Below are positions 1 to 11,085 of a stretch of DNA of 32,247 nt, piece after piece. The number at the start of each line of letters is the position of its first letter. The stretch's first letter is position 1. A model generated the notes under the pieces. It saw nothing but the letters and a program-made list of their open reading frames with translations. It did no database searches and had not been told where the DNA came from. The stretch is from positions 1 through 32,247 of the forward strand of contig JAUCBJ010000324.1 in NCBI GenBank assembly GCA_032718475.1, written 5' to 3'. The position numbers and the translations under genes are program-made. The DNA comes from Nemertoderma westbladi (taxonomy: Eukaryota > Animalia > Xenacoelomorpha).

Positions 1-455
1 TGTAATAACCAGAAATTCTAACCCCTTGTTAGGCTGGTTTGTAGACTTCTTGTAAAATTACCCCTAAAAATTCGTACGTGTAATTTTTGTGTTTATTTAG
101 AGATTGTAATCTCACCCCGCAATTCTACATAATTTGTAGTAATAAGTAACTTAGGCAAATTAGAATTATTTGTTTTAGTGTCCAACAAGTAGCACTTCAC
201 TGAGAGCGTACAGCTTCTGTGTAGTGACTCCTTCCCAGAAATAATAACATTTATTTCAAATATTGTAATGAAACCCATTAAACGGGTATATATATTATAA
301 ATCAACTCAAACCGATTTATAAAATAGTAGGCCTGTCATACAACAATTAGGTCTTAATATCAGTTGGACTACTGCTTAAATAACGGTAATAAAGTAAAGT
401 AAAGTAACCAAGTAATCCTAAAATTCAGAAATTCAATTATTCTAAAATAATTGAC

Positions 456-710
456 ATACCGGTATTTACAATAGGCTTATTATATATTTCTATATATTTG
501 TGCTGAAATTATATACCGGTATTCTGTAATTAATTCTAGTCTATAATTATACTTATATATACTATAAGTGTAAGCTGTATACCGGTATTCACGATAGGCT
601 TATTATATATATTTATATATTTGCGCTGAAATTATATACCGGTATTCTGTGACAAACCTAGTCTGTAATAATACTTATATATATACTATAAGTGCATACC
701 GGTATTCTAA
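456..710. repeat. Imperfect tandem duplication (~120-bp period) built around palindromic ATACCGGTAT; probably in the 5' leader of the BEL element
   Basis: Units start at 456, 579 and 696 (ataccggtatt..ataggcttattatatat..gctgaaattatataccggtattctgt..ctataagtg); ATACCGGTAT occurs five times. Confidence 0.8.
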
Positions 711-842
711 TATATTGTAAATATATCACGTTACACTGAGTAACGATATCGGTAATTAATTACTAGGCTAACAGTTGATACTGAATTACTAGACTTGCTT
801 TAACTGTAATATAGCAGTAGGCATTCAACTGTACAAACAAAC

Positions 843-1661
843 ATGTCTGACACAAAGCAAAACCTGTCAGACAGTCTCCTAGATACAACCATCTGTGACC
901 CAGACAGGAGTGTGGAACGTGTGAGACCGAAGTTCAACTCACCTCCTACTGTAAGAAAGATCATCCCTCCAGTAGTAGTATCAGACACTAGGCTAGTCCA
1001 ACACCGTAGGTCTATCATAGGCACTCGGGCTCAAGTCAAGCGGGACCAAGAAGCAGCTGTTAAACAGCAGCAACACTCGAGCCGAGAACTTATTCCTCAG
1101 CGGCCCGACAGCTCCAGTAGTTCGGATACTGTAGAGCTGACACCCGAGCGCGGAGCAAAGATGGCAGATGCGGTTTATTCGGATCCCCTTCTCATCCTTC
1201 CTGCAGCCGTACTCACTAGGGTATTGATTGCAGTGGAGGAACACCAAATTGATTGGGCGAGAAGTAAGCGATCAACCAAGGATAGTTATGCAGGATACAC
1301 AAGAGAGGAACTAAAGTCTATTGTCGAGTCGCAATGGAACTTCCCCGGACCCGGACTCCCGTTTGACTTATCGGAAGCTGCCTGGGAAGACATATACAGG
1401 ATGGGAGTGACCAAAGACACTAGTGATCCAGCTGTGTGGAAGAGGTCGGCAGCAGGATATGTACAGGGATTCTTCAGCTCTTTGGAGCGATTAGAAGAAC
1501 GACTGTTTCGACAACCCCAAGGACCTCAAGAGCAGGGAGAGCTGCTTTATCAAGTTAGAGAAAGAATTCTAAGAATCAGACTAATCCTATCAGCCTTTGA
1601 GGAAGCTTCGAAAAGAAGACAGGACACGTCGTTGCAAGTTGCCGTAAAGACTTGGTTCTAG
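843..1661 (+). pseudogene. N-terminal segment of the BEL gag frame, ending at premature TAG
   Basis: Same frame as the 1758 ORF; 1662-1757 has no further stop. Confidence 0.65.
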
Positions 1662-3695
1662 CGGGTAAGTCTCAAGGTTCAAGGAACGGCCCAGTGGAAA
1701 TTTCAGCTGGCTGAGCGCTCAACCCACGGAGAATCAACAGACGCTACCTTTTCTCAAGTGGAAAGCGAAGCGACAGCAGAGAAACCGCAGAAGAAAGACG
1801 CTATAGACATCTATCTGTCAGACTATCAACGATTTCTAGGTGATGAAGAGTTGAGGAGAAGGCTGGCTGAACTTCGTCCTAATAGTGAAGGAGCCAAGTT
1901 TGTGTTGGACGCAATAGTTGCGGAAATGTTAGCTGCGAACCAAGCTAAATTTGATGAAAGCATCCGCATCGCTAGGGTCCAAGAAGAACAAGTAAAGAAA
2001 AAACGTATAGAAGACAGAAAGACAGCAGCAGCGGCTGTGGCAGCGACAGAAGCGGAAAGAAAAGTGGCAGAAGTGGAAAGAAAAGCGGCAGAGGCAGCGG
2101 CAGAGGCAAAAGCGGCAGCAGCAGAAGCGGAAAGAAAAGCGGCAGAAGCAGAAAGAAAGATAGCAGTGGCAGAAGCAGAATGGAGAGCATCTGAAGAGAC
2201 CACCCAACTAGAGTTGGAAAATCTTCAGGAGAAGCAAGACAACTTCAATAAACAGTTAACAGCTAGTCAAATGCAGATGATGAGTCGATCTACTCCCAAA
2301 AGACAGGGATTTACATCATCTGATGAAGGCGATACCACTGATCCTGAAGGCGGAGGAAATAGATCTCGTTCCAACAGACGTAGAAGAATGCCTCACCGTC
2401 AGAAATTGCCTGATTTGCCCCCAGCCGTGAGAAGGCAACTAGCTAGCACAGACTTAGGTAGTACAGAACCCACAGACCAAATTATTAGATTAGAAAGACT
2501 CCCTACTATAGTAGATGAGCCTGAACTAATTAGGCCTGTTCTCGAAGCCACCCCTTCGGTAACAGAGACACCTGTACTCCTAGAACCTACATCTAAATTC
2601 CCTTTGCACAGCACTAAACTACCTGTGCCCAGCAGAACAACCCCTGAGACGGTTCCTGTCCTGGACTCCGAGCGAAATATCAATGATTTGTCGCCCGTTG
2701 TCCCTCGGCCACCCGCTACTATGTTGGCGGCTCCCGCTTCGGCGGTAGAGTGGGTGGATGAGGGACGACGGGAGATGAGTCTCCTGCTCGGGCAGCTGAG
2801 GGAACACCGTTTGTGCTCCTCTCAGCAGGTCCGGGAGATGGAAGGAACTGTTCAGCAGTTCAAGGGCACAGTAAGGGAAAGTAGGTTAGAGTTGCAAGAA
2901 GTGCAGCAGAGTATCGCGTTAGAACGCGATAAATTAGTAAATACCCAAAGGGGTATACCACCAACCCCGGTAACAATGTGTCAACCTGTTAGGTCTGAAG
3001 TATTTCATGCGCAAGGTGTGGAGCCTACACGCATCTATACTGCTAGTGAAGTAGAAACTCCTATAGTAAACCCTATTAAGGGTAATTATAAACCTGTTGA
3101 CAATGATATTCCATATAGACCTGATCATAATCCGAGAAATTTATATACCGATAGCTCGATATTAAATAACACGATGGCCCAAGAAAGTTTTACGTGTCAA
3201 ATGGCTAGAACCGAAGCCCGTCAAGCGGTAAAGGTGGGAGAGATCGTCAAGTTCAATGGAGATGAGATGAAATGGTTACCTTTTAATGAATATTACAAAG
3301 ATAACATACAGAACTCTGTGCTATCTAACGGAGAGAAACTTAGATTCCTCATCGAGTGCTTGGAAGGATCTCCCAAGTTAATGGCGTTAAAGTTTATTGG
3401 ACATCCAGATGGATTAAGACAAGTTTGGGATACACTAAACATCAGGTATGGTAATAGGACTAACATAGCTAGGTATTTATATGCGAAATTAATGGCGCCC
3501 CGAAAGTTTCTTAGCAGCGGGATTATAGAGTTTTCCGACGAGATTCAGGAGATCTGTAGACAACTAGATTGGTTAGGTAAGTCTCATGAATACCAGAATT
3601 CTATGGCTGTAGGAGCCTTAGCATCTAATTTGCCCAAGGGCGGAGTAGGTACACGCTGGGACAAGAAAGTGTTATATATGATGGAACAACAATGA
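1662..3695 (+). pseudogene. BEL gag middle segment (Ala/Glu/Lys coiled-coil repeats, DUF1759-like core), ending at premature TGA
   Basis: AAEAERK repeats at ~2020-2185; gag core motifs near 3240-3460; TGA 3693-3695 is followed in frame by aga gat cct acc ATG. Confidence 0.8.
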
Positions 3696-4603
3696 AGAGA
3701 TCCTACCATGGCTGATCTCATGTCATTCTTAGATGGAGAGGTAAAATTACAGCTCCTAAAGCAGTCCAGAGAGAAGACACCGGAAAATAAGGTAAGTGAG
3801 AAACCCGTTTCTAGGAGAAAGGTAATACCAGTGTGTTATACAGACGACGGCGAAAGCCAGGCTTCTCAAGAGGAAGACAGCGGGAAAGACACTGAAAGAT
3901 CTTACTATGACAACAAAGCGCCTAAGGACGTAAGTAAATTCAAGTCTCGAACCAATGACAGGAGAGAACAGGTAAGAAAAACTCCTCCTACGTCTCCTAA
4001 GAGAATTCATGGAAGAAAGCCCGAGGAAAGAACGAGTGTGCACAACGTTATCCAAAGTAAGGTAAGTAACATCAAACCAAAATGTGTGTTGTGCGACGGG
4101 CCCCACCGTTTAAGTGCGTGTGATGAATTCCTGAGGAAATCATTAAAAGATAGACGTGAAGTCATGTGGGATAAGCGGTTGTGTTATAATTGCCTCAGAC
4201 GAGGACACCAACGACGAACCTGTTACTCCGACGCAGGGTGTGCTAAGTGCGGCGCAAAACATCATATCTTGTTGCACACTGAATTCGAAAGAAACAGCCC
4301 GAGTCAGGTAAGTGAGTCCGAACTACATGTCCAATTCAGTGATGTGAACGACACTGATCAAAGTTCTGAGATGGAAGGATTCTATACGGATGAATTCTCC
4401 GACGAAAACGAATCTTGTTACCTCATAAACACCGCAGTGTATCGAGCACTTACGTATGAGACTGAAACCGATAGTGGGCTCCCCCTAACTGTTCCTGACC
4501 GACAACCATCTTGGAAAGCGCCAACTTCCAACGTAGGGATCCGTGAATTTCCCGTAGTGCAGTTGAGAGTCCACGGGTTAAAAGGAAGCTATATAGTGAA
4601 CGC
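3696..4603 (+). pseudogene. BEL gag zinc knuckles and start of aspartic protease, cut by the Gypsy insertion
   Basis: Three Cys/His knuckles at ~4083-4278; ends ..KGSYIVNA at the insertion site. Confidence 0.88.
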
Positions 4604-4793
4604 TGTGGAGATGGCGTCTAGCCACGAAATGAAAACTTATGTAGACTCAAGTTCGAGCGATCGCTGATGGCATACTGCAGTACTGTCGTACAGTTCTGTA
4701 GGTGGGCCTAAGAGTTCCTCTCTAGGGTTGCTAGGCAACCGTAATAACAACGTTTTGGGACTGTATAATATGTATGTCAGTGGGGCTGCCACA
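4604..4793 (-). repeat. 3' LTR of the Gypsy element (190 bp)
   Basis: tgtggagatgg..gggctgccaca; no difference seen from 8751-8940; terminal inverted repeat TGTGG..CCACA. Confidence 0.97.
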
Positions 4794-4806
4794 TGACCCC
4801 CCCCAG
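4794..4806 (-). other. Polypurine tract (G8) of the Gypsy element
   Basis: Minus strand CTGGGGGGGGTCA directly abuts the 3' LTR. Confidence 0.8.
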
Positions 4807-4818
4807 TCTCGAAACGTA

Positions 4819-7800
4819 TTAGAGATATTCAGGTGGACGGACCGTCCGGCCCGATCGAGTTTGTACGGGCGGTTGGGCTGGGGTTGGTGGTCTTTGCGCT
4901 AGTACCGGCGGTGTAGGAGGTACCGGAGGTGCGTTCGGGGGTCGACCTCGGCGCCGCGGTTGGCCGATAACGACCGGCTCGGTAAAATCGAGATGGGCCG
5001 GTTTGAGTCGGTCGACTGAAATCGTTTCAGTTCGACCGCCCATCTCGATCTTAAATGTTTTGGGTCCGGGGGTGAGGACCTTGTAAGGCCCCTCGTAGGG
5101 GCGTTCGAATGGCGTCCGGTGGGCGTCGCGCCGGACGAAAACGTAGGTAGCGTCGTGGAGGTCCGGTGGAACCGACGACGGAGTCAGTCCGTGGCGTGAC
5201 GTCGGTACCGGAGCGAACCGCCCGACCGTATCCCGGAGTTGAGGGAGGATCGTGGACGGCGAGTGCTGGGCGCCTGTAGCCGGCGGAAGGAACTCGCCCG
5301 GGACGGTGAGGGGGGCACCGTAGACCAGCTCGGCGGAGGAGGTCCCCAAGTCGTCCTTGGGAGCGGTCCGGATTCCGAGGAGAACCCACGGCAACTCGTC
5401 GACCCAATCGGGGCCGGTGAGCGAGGCCCGCAGGGCGGACTTTAGGTGGCGGTGGAAACGTTCCACCAGTCCGTTCGCTTGTGGGTGGTAGGCCGTGGTG
5501 CGGTGCAGTTGGGTGCCCAGCAGCTGGTTGACGGCGGACCAGAGCTGGGAGGTAAACTGCGAACCGCGGTCGGAGGAGAGATCCGCGGGGACGCCGAACC
5601 GAGATATCCAGATGGAGATGAGAGCCCGGGCGCAACTCTCGGTGGAGGTCTCGGTGAGGGGCACGGCCTCTGGCCACCGAGTGAACCGGTCTACCATCGT
5701 CAGCAGGTGAGTGAACCCGCGCGATGGTGGTAGAGGGCCGACCAGATCCACGTGGATGTGGTCGAACCGGCGGTGGGGGGTGGCGAAGGTGCCGAGGGGC
5801 GCGCGAACGTGGCGTTGCACCTTGGAAGACTGGCAAGGGATGCAGGTCTTCGCCCACTCGCCCACCTCTTTGCGGAGGCCGTGCCACACGAACCTGTCGG
5901 CGACGAGTTTCTTGGTGGTACGAGCGCCGGGGTGAGACAGGCCGTGTAGGGCGTCGAAGACGCGCCGTCGCCAGGCGACGGGGACGACGGGGCGCGGGTG
6001 TCCGAGAGAAACGTCGCAAAGTAGAGTGGCGTTGGCGGGGGCGAGCGGGACGTCTTCCAGTTGGAGGCCGGACACGGCGGAGCGGTAGGTTGGCAGCTCG
6101 GGGTCGGCGAGTTGGGCAGCCGCCATAGCCGTGTAGTCGAGGCCGGGGAGGAGGGTTCGAACCGCGCTGACCGTAGTCCTGGAGAGCGCATCCGCCACAC
6201 AGTTGTCTTTGCCAGCGACGTGTTCGATCGCCGTGGTGAACTCGGAAATGTAGGCGATGTGCCGTTGTTGCCGATTCGACCACGGGTCGCTGATCTTGGC
6301 GAATGCGAACGTCAGGGGTTTGTGGTCTGTGTAGGCGGTGAATACGCGGCCCTCCAGGTAGTACCGGAAGTGGCGAACAGCGAGGTACAGCGCGAGGAGT
6401 TCCCGGTCAAACGCGCTGTACTTCACCTCCGGGGGTCGAAGTTGGCGGCTGAAGAACGCCAGGGGGCGCCACGAGTCGCCGACGAGCTGTTCTAGAACGG
6501 CGCCCACCGCCGTGCCGGATGCGTCCACGGTGAGCGCCGTCGGTGCGTTGGCGTTGGGGTGGGCGAGCATCGTGGCATTGGCGAGGGCTTCCTTGGCGTT
6601 CCGGAACGCCGCCGCCATGTCGGGGGTCCAGTCGAGGGACTTGGGTTTACCGGCAAGGGCCGCGTAGAGGGGCCGCATGATGGCGGCGGCCGCGGGGACG
6701 AACCGATGATAGAAGTTCACCATCCCCACGAACTCCTGCAGGCCCTTGACGGTGGTCGGTTGGGTGAACTCACGGATGGCGGCGACCTTGTCGGGGAGCG
6801 GGTAGGCGCCGTGGGCCGAGATTCGGTGGCCGAGGAAGTCGATGGTCGACCGACCGAACTCGCACTTGGCGAGGTTGATCACGAGGCCGTGTTCTTGGAG
6901 GCGCGCGAAGAGCTGACGGAGGTGGTCACGGTGTTCCTTAGGGGACCGACTCGCGACGAGGACGTCGTCTAGGTAGACGAAGAGGAAGTCGAGTCCCTGG
7001 CACACCGTGTCCATCAGTCTCTGGAAGGCCTGGGCCGCGTTTTTCAGCCCGAACGGCATTCGAAGGAATTCAAACAGGCCGAACGGGGTTATAACCGCGG
7101 TCTTGGCGATGTCGGCCTCGGTTACGGGGATCTGGTGGTAGCCGCGCACCAGATCGATCTTAGAAAAGATCTTCGCCCCAGCCAGTCTGGAGGAGAAGTC
7201 CTGGATATGGGGGATGGGGTACCGGTCCGGAATCGTGGCGTCGTTGAGGCGTCGGTAGTCGCCACACGGCCGCCATCCACCCGAGGGTTTAGGGGCCATG
7301 TGGAGGGGTGACGCCCATGGACTGTTGGACCGGCGGATGATCCCCATCTCCTCCATCGTCCGGAACTCGTCCCGCGCGATCTCGAGTTTGTCTGGAGGCA
7401 GACGACGGGCGCGGGAGTAGACCGGGGGTCCCTCGGTGGGGATGTAATGTTCGACCCCGTGTTTAGCGGTGGGGTCGGAGAACCGAGGGATCGTAATATC
7501 GGGGAACTCGGCGAGGAGCCGAGCGAACTCGTCGTCCGAGGCGGTGACAGAACCGAGGTGGGGGGCGTGGCCCGTAGTCCGCCCGCACGGGATCGAGGTC
7601 AACGTCTCGGCGTCGACCAGACGACGGCCTCTCAGGTCGACCAACATGTTGTTCGCTCGGAGGAAGTCGGCTCCGAGGAGAGGCTGGGCGACGTCGGCCG
7701 CGATAAACTTCCACTGGAAACGGCGGGAGTGGAAGTCGAGTTTGACGGAGCGGTGGCCGTACGTTCGAATGTACGTTTTGTTGGCGGCGAGGAGGGGCGG

Positions 7801-7968
7801 CCCGCTCTGTCCCGAACGTTCCTCGCGAGTCGTCGCGGGAATAACGCTTACCTCCGCCCCGGTGTCGACCAAGAAGCGTTGCGCGGAAACGCGGTCCCAG
7901 GCAAACAGCAGCAGGTCGGTGTGGCCGGCCGTTGTAGCTGCTACAAACGGCCGGCCGGGGCGTTTCCC
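4819..7968 (-). CDS. pol: Gypsy Pol (protease, RT, RNase H, integrase), probably reached by -1 frameshift from gag
   Basis: [10 protein letters not shown] (PR); [11 protein letters not shown] and YLDD (RT); VDASG, DRELLA, TDHKPL, ADALSR (RH); H-x3-H..CIPC, HVDLVG, SDRG, VERFHR (IN DDE); YEGPY. No stops. Confidence 0.96.
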   Translation of the reverse strand, partial: GKRPGRPFVAATTAGHTDLLLFAWDRVSAQRFLVDTGAEVSVIPATTREERSGQSGPPLLAANKTYIRTYGHRSVKLDFHSRRFQWKFIAADVAQPLLGADFLRANNMLVDLRGRRLVDAETLTSIPCGRTTGHAPHLGSVTASDDEFARLLAEFPDITIPRFSDPTAKHGVEHYIPTEGPPVYSRARRLPPDKLEIARDEFRTMEEMGIIRRSNSPWASPLHMAPKPSGGWRPCGDYRRLNDATIPDRYPIPHIQDFSSRLAGAKIFSKIDLVRGYHQIPVTEADIAKTAVITPFGLFEFLRMPFGLKNAAQAFQRLMDTVCQGLDFLFVYLDDVLVASRSPKEHRDHLRQLFARLQEHGLVINLAKCEFGRSTIDFLGHRISAHGAYPLPDKVAAIREFTQPTTVKGLQEFVGMVNFYHRFVPAAAAIMRPLYAALAGKPKSLDWTPDMAAAFRNAKEALANATMLAHPNANAPTALTVDASGTAVGAVLEQLVGDSWRPLAFFSRQLRPPEVKYSAFDRELLALYLAVRHFRYYLEGRVFTAYTDHKPLTFAFAKISDPWSNRQQRHIAYISEFTTAIEHVAGKDNCVADALSRTTVSAVRTLLPGLDYTAMAAAQLADPELPTYRSAVSGLQLEDVPLAPANATLLCDVSLGHPRPVVPVAWRRRVFDALHGLSHPGARTTKKLVADRFVWHGLRKEVGEWAKTCIPCQSSKVQRHVRAPLGTFATPHRRFDHIHVDLVGPLPPSRGFTHLLTMVDRFTRWPEAVPLTETSTESCARALISIWISRFGVPADLSSDRGSQFTSQLWSAVNQLLGTQLHRTTAYHPQANGLVERFHRHLKSALRASLTGPDWVDELPWVLLGIRTAPKDDLGTSSAELVYGAPLTVPGEFLPPATGAQHSPSTILPQLRDTVGRFAPVPTSRHGLTPSSVPPDLHDATYVFVRRDAHRTPFERPYEGPYKVLTPGPKTFKIEMGGRTETISVDRLKPAHLDFTEPVVIGQPRRRGRPPNAPPVPPTPPVLAQRPPTPAQPPVQTRSGRTVRPPEYL
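7923..7968 (-). promoter_or_regulatory. Programmed -1 ribosomal frameshift signal
   Basis: Slippery G GGA AAC (7968-7962), 5-nt spacer, then hairpin GGCCGGCCGT-T-TGTAG-CAG-CTACA-ACGGCCGGCC (7956-7923); gag reads Q-G-N, pol frame reads P-G-K. Confidence 0.85.
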
Positions 7969-8645
7969 TGGTAACTGCAGGGCGGGCGGCACTTCCTGGC
8001 TGTGGGGCCGAACGTCTGGTGATAATAGCACCAGTCCGGGTTCGAGTTCGGGGCCCGCGGGGCGGGAGTCGATGCCGACGAGGAGTTCTTGCCGGTTCGC
8101 TGCGGCGGGACCGGCGTCGGTTTCCTGACAGCGTGGGCCGCGAGTGAGGTCTGCCGGGAGGCCTCCCACAGCGCGTCGGCCCGGTCCGCAACCCTGTCGA
8201 GGTCGCGGAAGTCCTCCTCCGCGAGTTGGAGGCGGATTGCGGCGGGCATCTGCCGGAGGAAGGCCTCCTCGAAGAGGAGTCCCGCGTTGTCGTCGCCGAG
8301 GAGCGCCTGCATTTCTCCGAGGAGTTGCGAGGGGCGCCGGTCACCGAGGCCGTCGAGGTCCCAGAGTCGGGCTGCGCGCTCGCGTCGGGAGAGCCCGAAG
8401 GCCTTGAGAAGTTGGCCCTTGAGTTTGAGGTACTTCTCAGTAGCGGGAGGGTTCTGGATGAGTTTTAGGAGGCGAGCGGCTGTCTCCTGGTCGAGGGCCC
8501 CCACCACGTAATAATATTTTGTAGCGTCCTCGGTGATGCTGCGAATGTGGAACTGTGCCTCCGCCTGGGCGAACCACACCTCGGGTTGGGTGGTCCAGAA
8601 CGGAGGCAGCTTAATAGAAACGGCGTTGGCGGTCGCTTCGGCCAT
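7941..8645 (-). CDS. gag: Gypsy Gag, 234 aa
   Basis: [19 protein letters not shown]-terminus, [10 protein letters not shown], and C-x2-H-x9-C-x3-C ([18 protein letters not shown]) typical of CsRn1-type gag. Confidence 0.93.
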   Translation of the reverse strand: MAEATANAVSIKLPPFWTTQPEVWFAQAEAQFHIRSITEDATKYYYVVGALDQETAARLLKLIQNPPATEKYLKLKGQLLKAFGLSRRERAARLWDLDGLGDRRPSQLLGEMQALLGDDNAGLLFEEAFLRQMPAAIRLQLAEEDFRDLDRVADRADALWEASRQTSLAAHAVRKPTPVPPQRTGKNSSSASTPAPRAPNSNPDWCYYHQTFGPTARKCRPPCSYQGNAPAGRL

Positions 8646-8740
8646 TGTCTGATTGTCGTCAACACAGTTTCGGTGGCTGATCAGTTTGATTGCAGGATCA
8701 TGCTGCGAGTCGCGGTCTCAAGAGTTCGTCTTGAGACGCT

Positions 8741-8749
8741 GGGTCACCA
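8741..8749 (-). other. Primer-binding site, tRNA-Trp type
   Basis: TGGTGACCC 1 nt inside the 5' LTR is complementary to the ..GGGUCACCA 3' end of tRNA-Trp (9 nt match). Confidence 0.75.
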
Positions 8750-8750
8750 A

Positions 8751-8940
8751 TGTGGAGATGGCGTCTAGCCACGAAATGAAAACTTATGTAGACTCAAGTT
8801 CGAGCGATCGCTGATGGCATACTGCAGTACTGTCGTACAGTTCTGTAGGTGGGCCTAAGAGTTCCTCTCTAGGGTTGCTAGGCAACCGTAATAACAACGT
8901 TTTGGGACTGTATAATATGTATGTCAGTGGGGCTGCCACA
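8751..8940 (-). repeat. 5' LTR of the Gypsy element (190 bp)
   Basis: Direct repeat of 4604-4793. Confidence 0.97.
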
Positions 8941-8944
8941 ACGC

Positions 8945-10166
8945 CCTCCTTGACTCCGGCAGCACAGGAACATTCATCGACAAAGAACTAGCCGAAGACA
9001 TCTTTGTTGGACAACCCAAGTTCCGAACTAAGTTGAACCTTTCAGGAATTATGCAGGTTTGGAAATCTACAGTAGCTACAGACTACTATGTAGGCGCGTT
9101 GTCCACCCCCCAGGATGAACTAGGAGAACACAGTATAAGGTCAGTAAAAATGGTGGCGATAAAGAACTTCGCTACCAGCCAAGTGGAACCTTATAACTGG
9201 GATGAAGACGATTTCACCCAGCAGCATGAGATACCTAGATTCAACACCGACTACCCAGGGGTACAGATACTCATCGGCCAAAATGCGCATGAGGCGCTTG
9301 AGACATTAGAGAAACGGCCTGTTCGACCGCAACCATTGCAAACCTATGCGGGAAGAACAAGAGTAGGTTGGTACCTCACTGGACCTTCCCGTAGGACACT
9401 CATGGAAAGGCTACCCAAAGATTGGGTCCATCAGGAGAGTGAATGGGAAGAAGACATCAGTGAGGGAGAGACGACCACAACTGAGGGAACACCATACTCC
9501 TCAGATAATGACGATATTAATTCTAATGTAGATCAATGGAGACATTGCCCCGAGACGATTAATCTAGCCGACATCGCTTCCAGAGGAGCAACTCCTCAAG
9601 AACTGACAGATACTCCAGACTGGTTAGGTGGACCCGACTTTCTAAGTAAAAAAGATGAATGGCCTCCCCATCTTACCACGGCTGAGATTAGACAAGCCAA
9701 GGGAGCGGAGAAAGTCAAACCTAAAACCCGGATGAGTAAATCAAGGTTATTTAAACCCGTGATAGATCTGTCTGTACTACACATTGCCAGGGACGACGCT
9801 GTGGATCTAAACTCTCCCACCGCGAACAGATCTGTTGTGGAGATCAGAGAGAGAGACTGGAGATCTGGAACACCAGACGTCTCGCAGGGACTCTCACCTC
9901 TCCTGCCGGGAGCGATGGACCACTATAGCTCCTGGAATCGGCTTTGTAAGGCCGTCGTGTATTTGAAGCGATGTTTCTATCGTCACTATTCCAGGACGAA
10001 GAGGAAACCTGGAATTGTATTCGAAACACAACAACTCAATCGCCCAGTTGGTCGTTTATGTTTACTGGAAAGAGACCGAGAACTGTCCGGAAACTATGGA
10101 AGGCAAGATACTCTTCCCACGACCACCTCCCTAATCCAACAAACATCTAGGGACTCCCCAACGTAA
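8945..10166 (+). pseudogene. BEL protease remainder fused in frame to the RNase H tail and the extreme integrase C-terminus
   Basis: ctc ctt gac tcc ggc agc = LLDSGS at 8946-8963, in frame with the 9033 ORF; ILIG..T.VGW..TGP; NLADIASRG; YSSWNRL; RPVGRLCLL. No YxDD or DDE motifs. Confidence 0.85.
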
Positions 10167-10173
10167 CAGCGTC

Positions 10174-10185
10174 TGGAGTGGGTGT
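10174..10185 (+). other. Possible PPT and TG start of the BEL 3' LTR
   Basis: Purine-rich tggagtggg then TGT just after the stop codon, followed by abrupt AT-rich sequence; partner LTR not in window. Confidence 0.35.
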
Positions 10186-11085
10186 GACTATATTATTTTA
10201 TATTTGTTTTTATTATTTTATATTTATGTATGTATTATTATGTGATTTTATTATAATCGTTTTCTTTAATTTTATTTAGTAGAATGTTATTTTTGCGTAT
10301 TATTATTCTGTGTTTCAGACTTTAGCCAAACATTAGAACGGCTTTGATTATAGAAACGTATAACTGTTATCAAACCAACTCAGTACATATGCATTATGCT
10401 TTCACCGCATTGTTTTACTGCTTTTACTGTCGGTTATTAATTGTATCAGTTGATGGAAATATTGTTATATTTGGAGAATATCGATAAATAACCATAAAAC
10501 CCCAATCTTCTTGATATACTGAAGGTTAGAGAGACCGGTTACATATAGCAATTGCGACTTACATTATAGTGGTTTTGGAGTGAATTGAATGCTATTTCAT
10601 AGGCCCTACATGTGTCGGTTGCTGTTCTCTTTATATATGACTAAAATTAGTGAAGGTCGACAGATCAGTGTGCAGCAGTGTGCGGTAGTGTGCATGAGTG
10701 TGATAGATAACAAAGCATTTCCTAAAGAATGCGCTTTATACGTGAATCAATAGCCATCCCGTTGTGTTTAGTGTAAGTCATAAATCTGTTTACATACTTA
10801 GAGCGCCACGTCCTAAAGGAACTGTTAATATTTCCCTAAAGTGAATAATATTTGTCAGAGATTATATATTAACGATCAATCGAATAATACAGTAGGCCTA
10901 CACCGCAATAAGGTCAGAGCTTCCGAATCCAGTCTCCCGGGTAAATCCAGTGGGTGAATGGTCGCGCATAGGCTGGCTTCGGCTAATGTAGTGTATCAAA
11001 TACTTGTCATAGGCTAAAGTCGATTTATAACCTAGAAGACACCTAAATTTGGCAGGTTAAACTGTTAAAGGTCTAAAAGCGCGAA

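Larger units (their letters stand above)
4604..8940 (-). mobile_element. Full-length Ty3/Gypsy LTR retrotransposon, CsRn1-like clade
   Basis: Two 190-bp LTRs (TG..CA), 4-bp TSD ACGC (4600-4603, 8941-8944), intact gag and PR-RT-RH-IN pol, CHCC gag motif, tRNA-Trp-type PBS, PPT. Confidence 0.97.
843..10166 (+). mobile_element. BEL/Pao LTR retrotransposon, defective and internally deleted, interrupted by a nested Gypsy element
   Basis: ORFs 843, 1758, 3708 and (after removing the insertion) 9033 share one frame. It has a DUF1759-type gag core (FNGDEMKW..F..SNGEKLRFL..CLEG..W..L..RYG) and the BEL triple knuckle CVLCDGPHRLSAC / CYNCLRRGHQRRTC / CAKCGAKHHILLH. It also has protease ALLDSGS, a Pao RNase H tail WRHCP..NLADIASRG..WLGGPDFL and the terminal RPVGRLCLL motif. 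LTRs cannot be delimited in this window. Confidence 0.9.

Noticed and set aside
1826-2207. Ala/Ser-, Cys/Phe- and Leu/Pro-rich minus-strand ORFs
   Set aside because: Antisense shadows of the AAEAERK-coding repeat in gag.
4604-4667. C-terminal tail of the 3708-4667 ORF (VEMASSHEMK..)
   Set aside because: Read-through into the Gypsy LTR, not part of the BEL protein.
5051-8511. Many overlapping 65-410 aa ORFs in alternative frames of the Gypsy element
   Set aside because: Expected from high GC and few stop codons; Arg/Pro/Gly-rich with no domains. No env-like ORF exists between pol and the LTR.
10183-10860. Full extent of a BEL 3' LTR
   Set aside because: No matching 5' LTR in the window, so the end and TSD cannot be defined.
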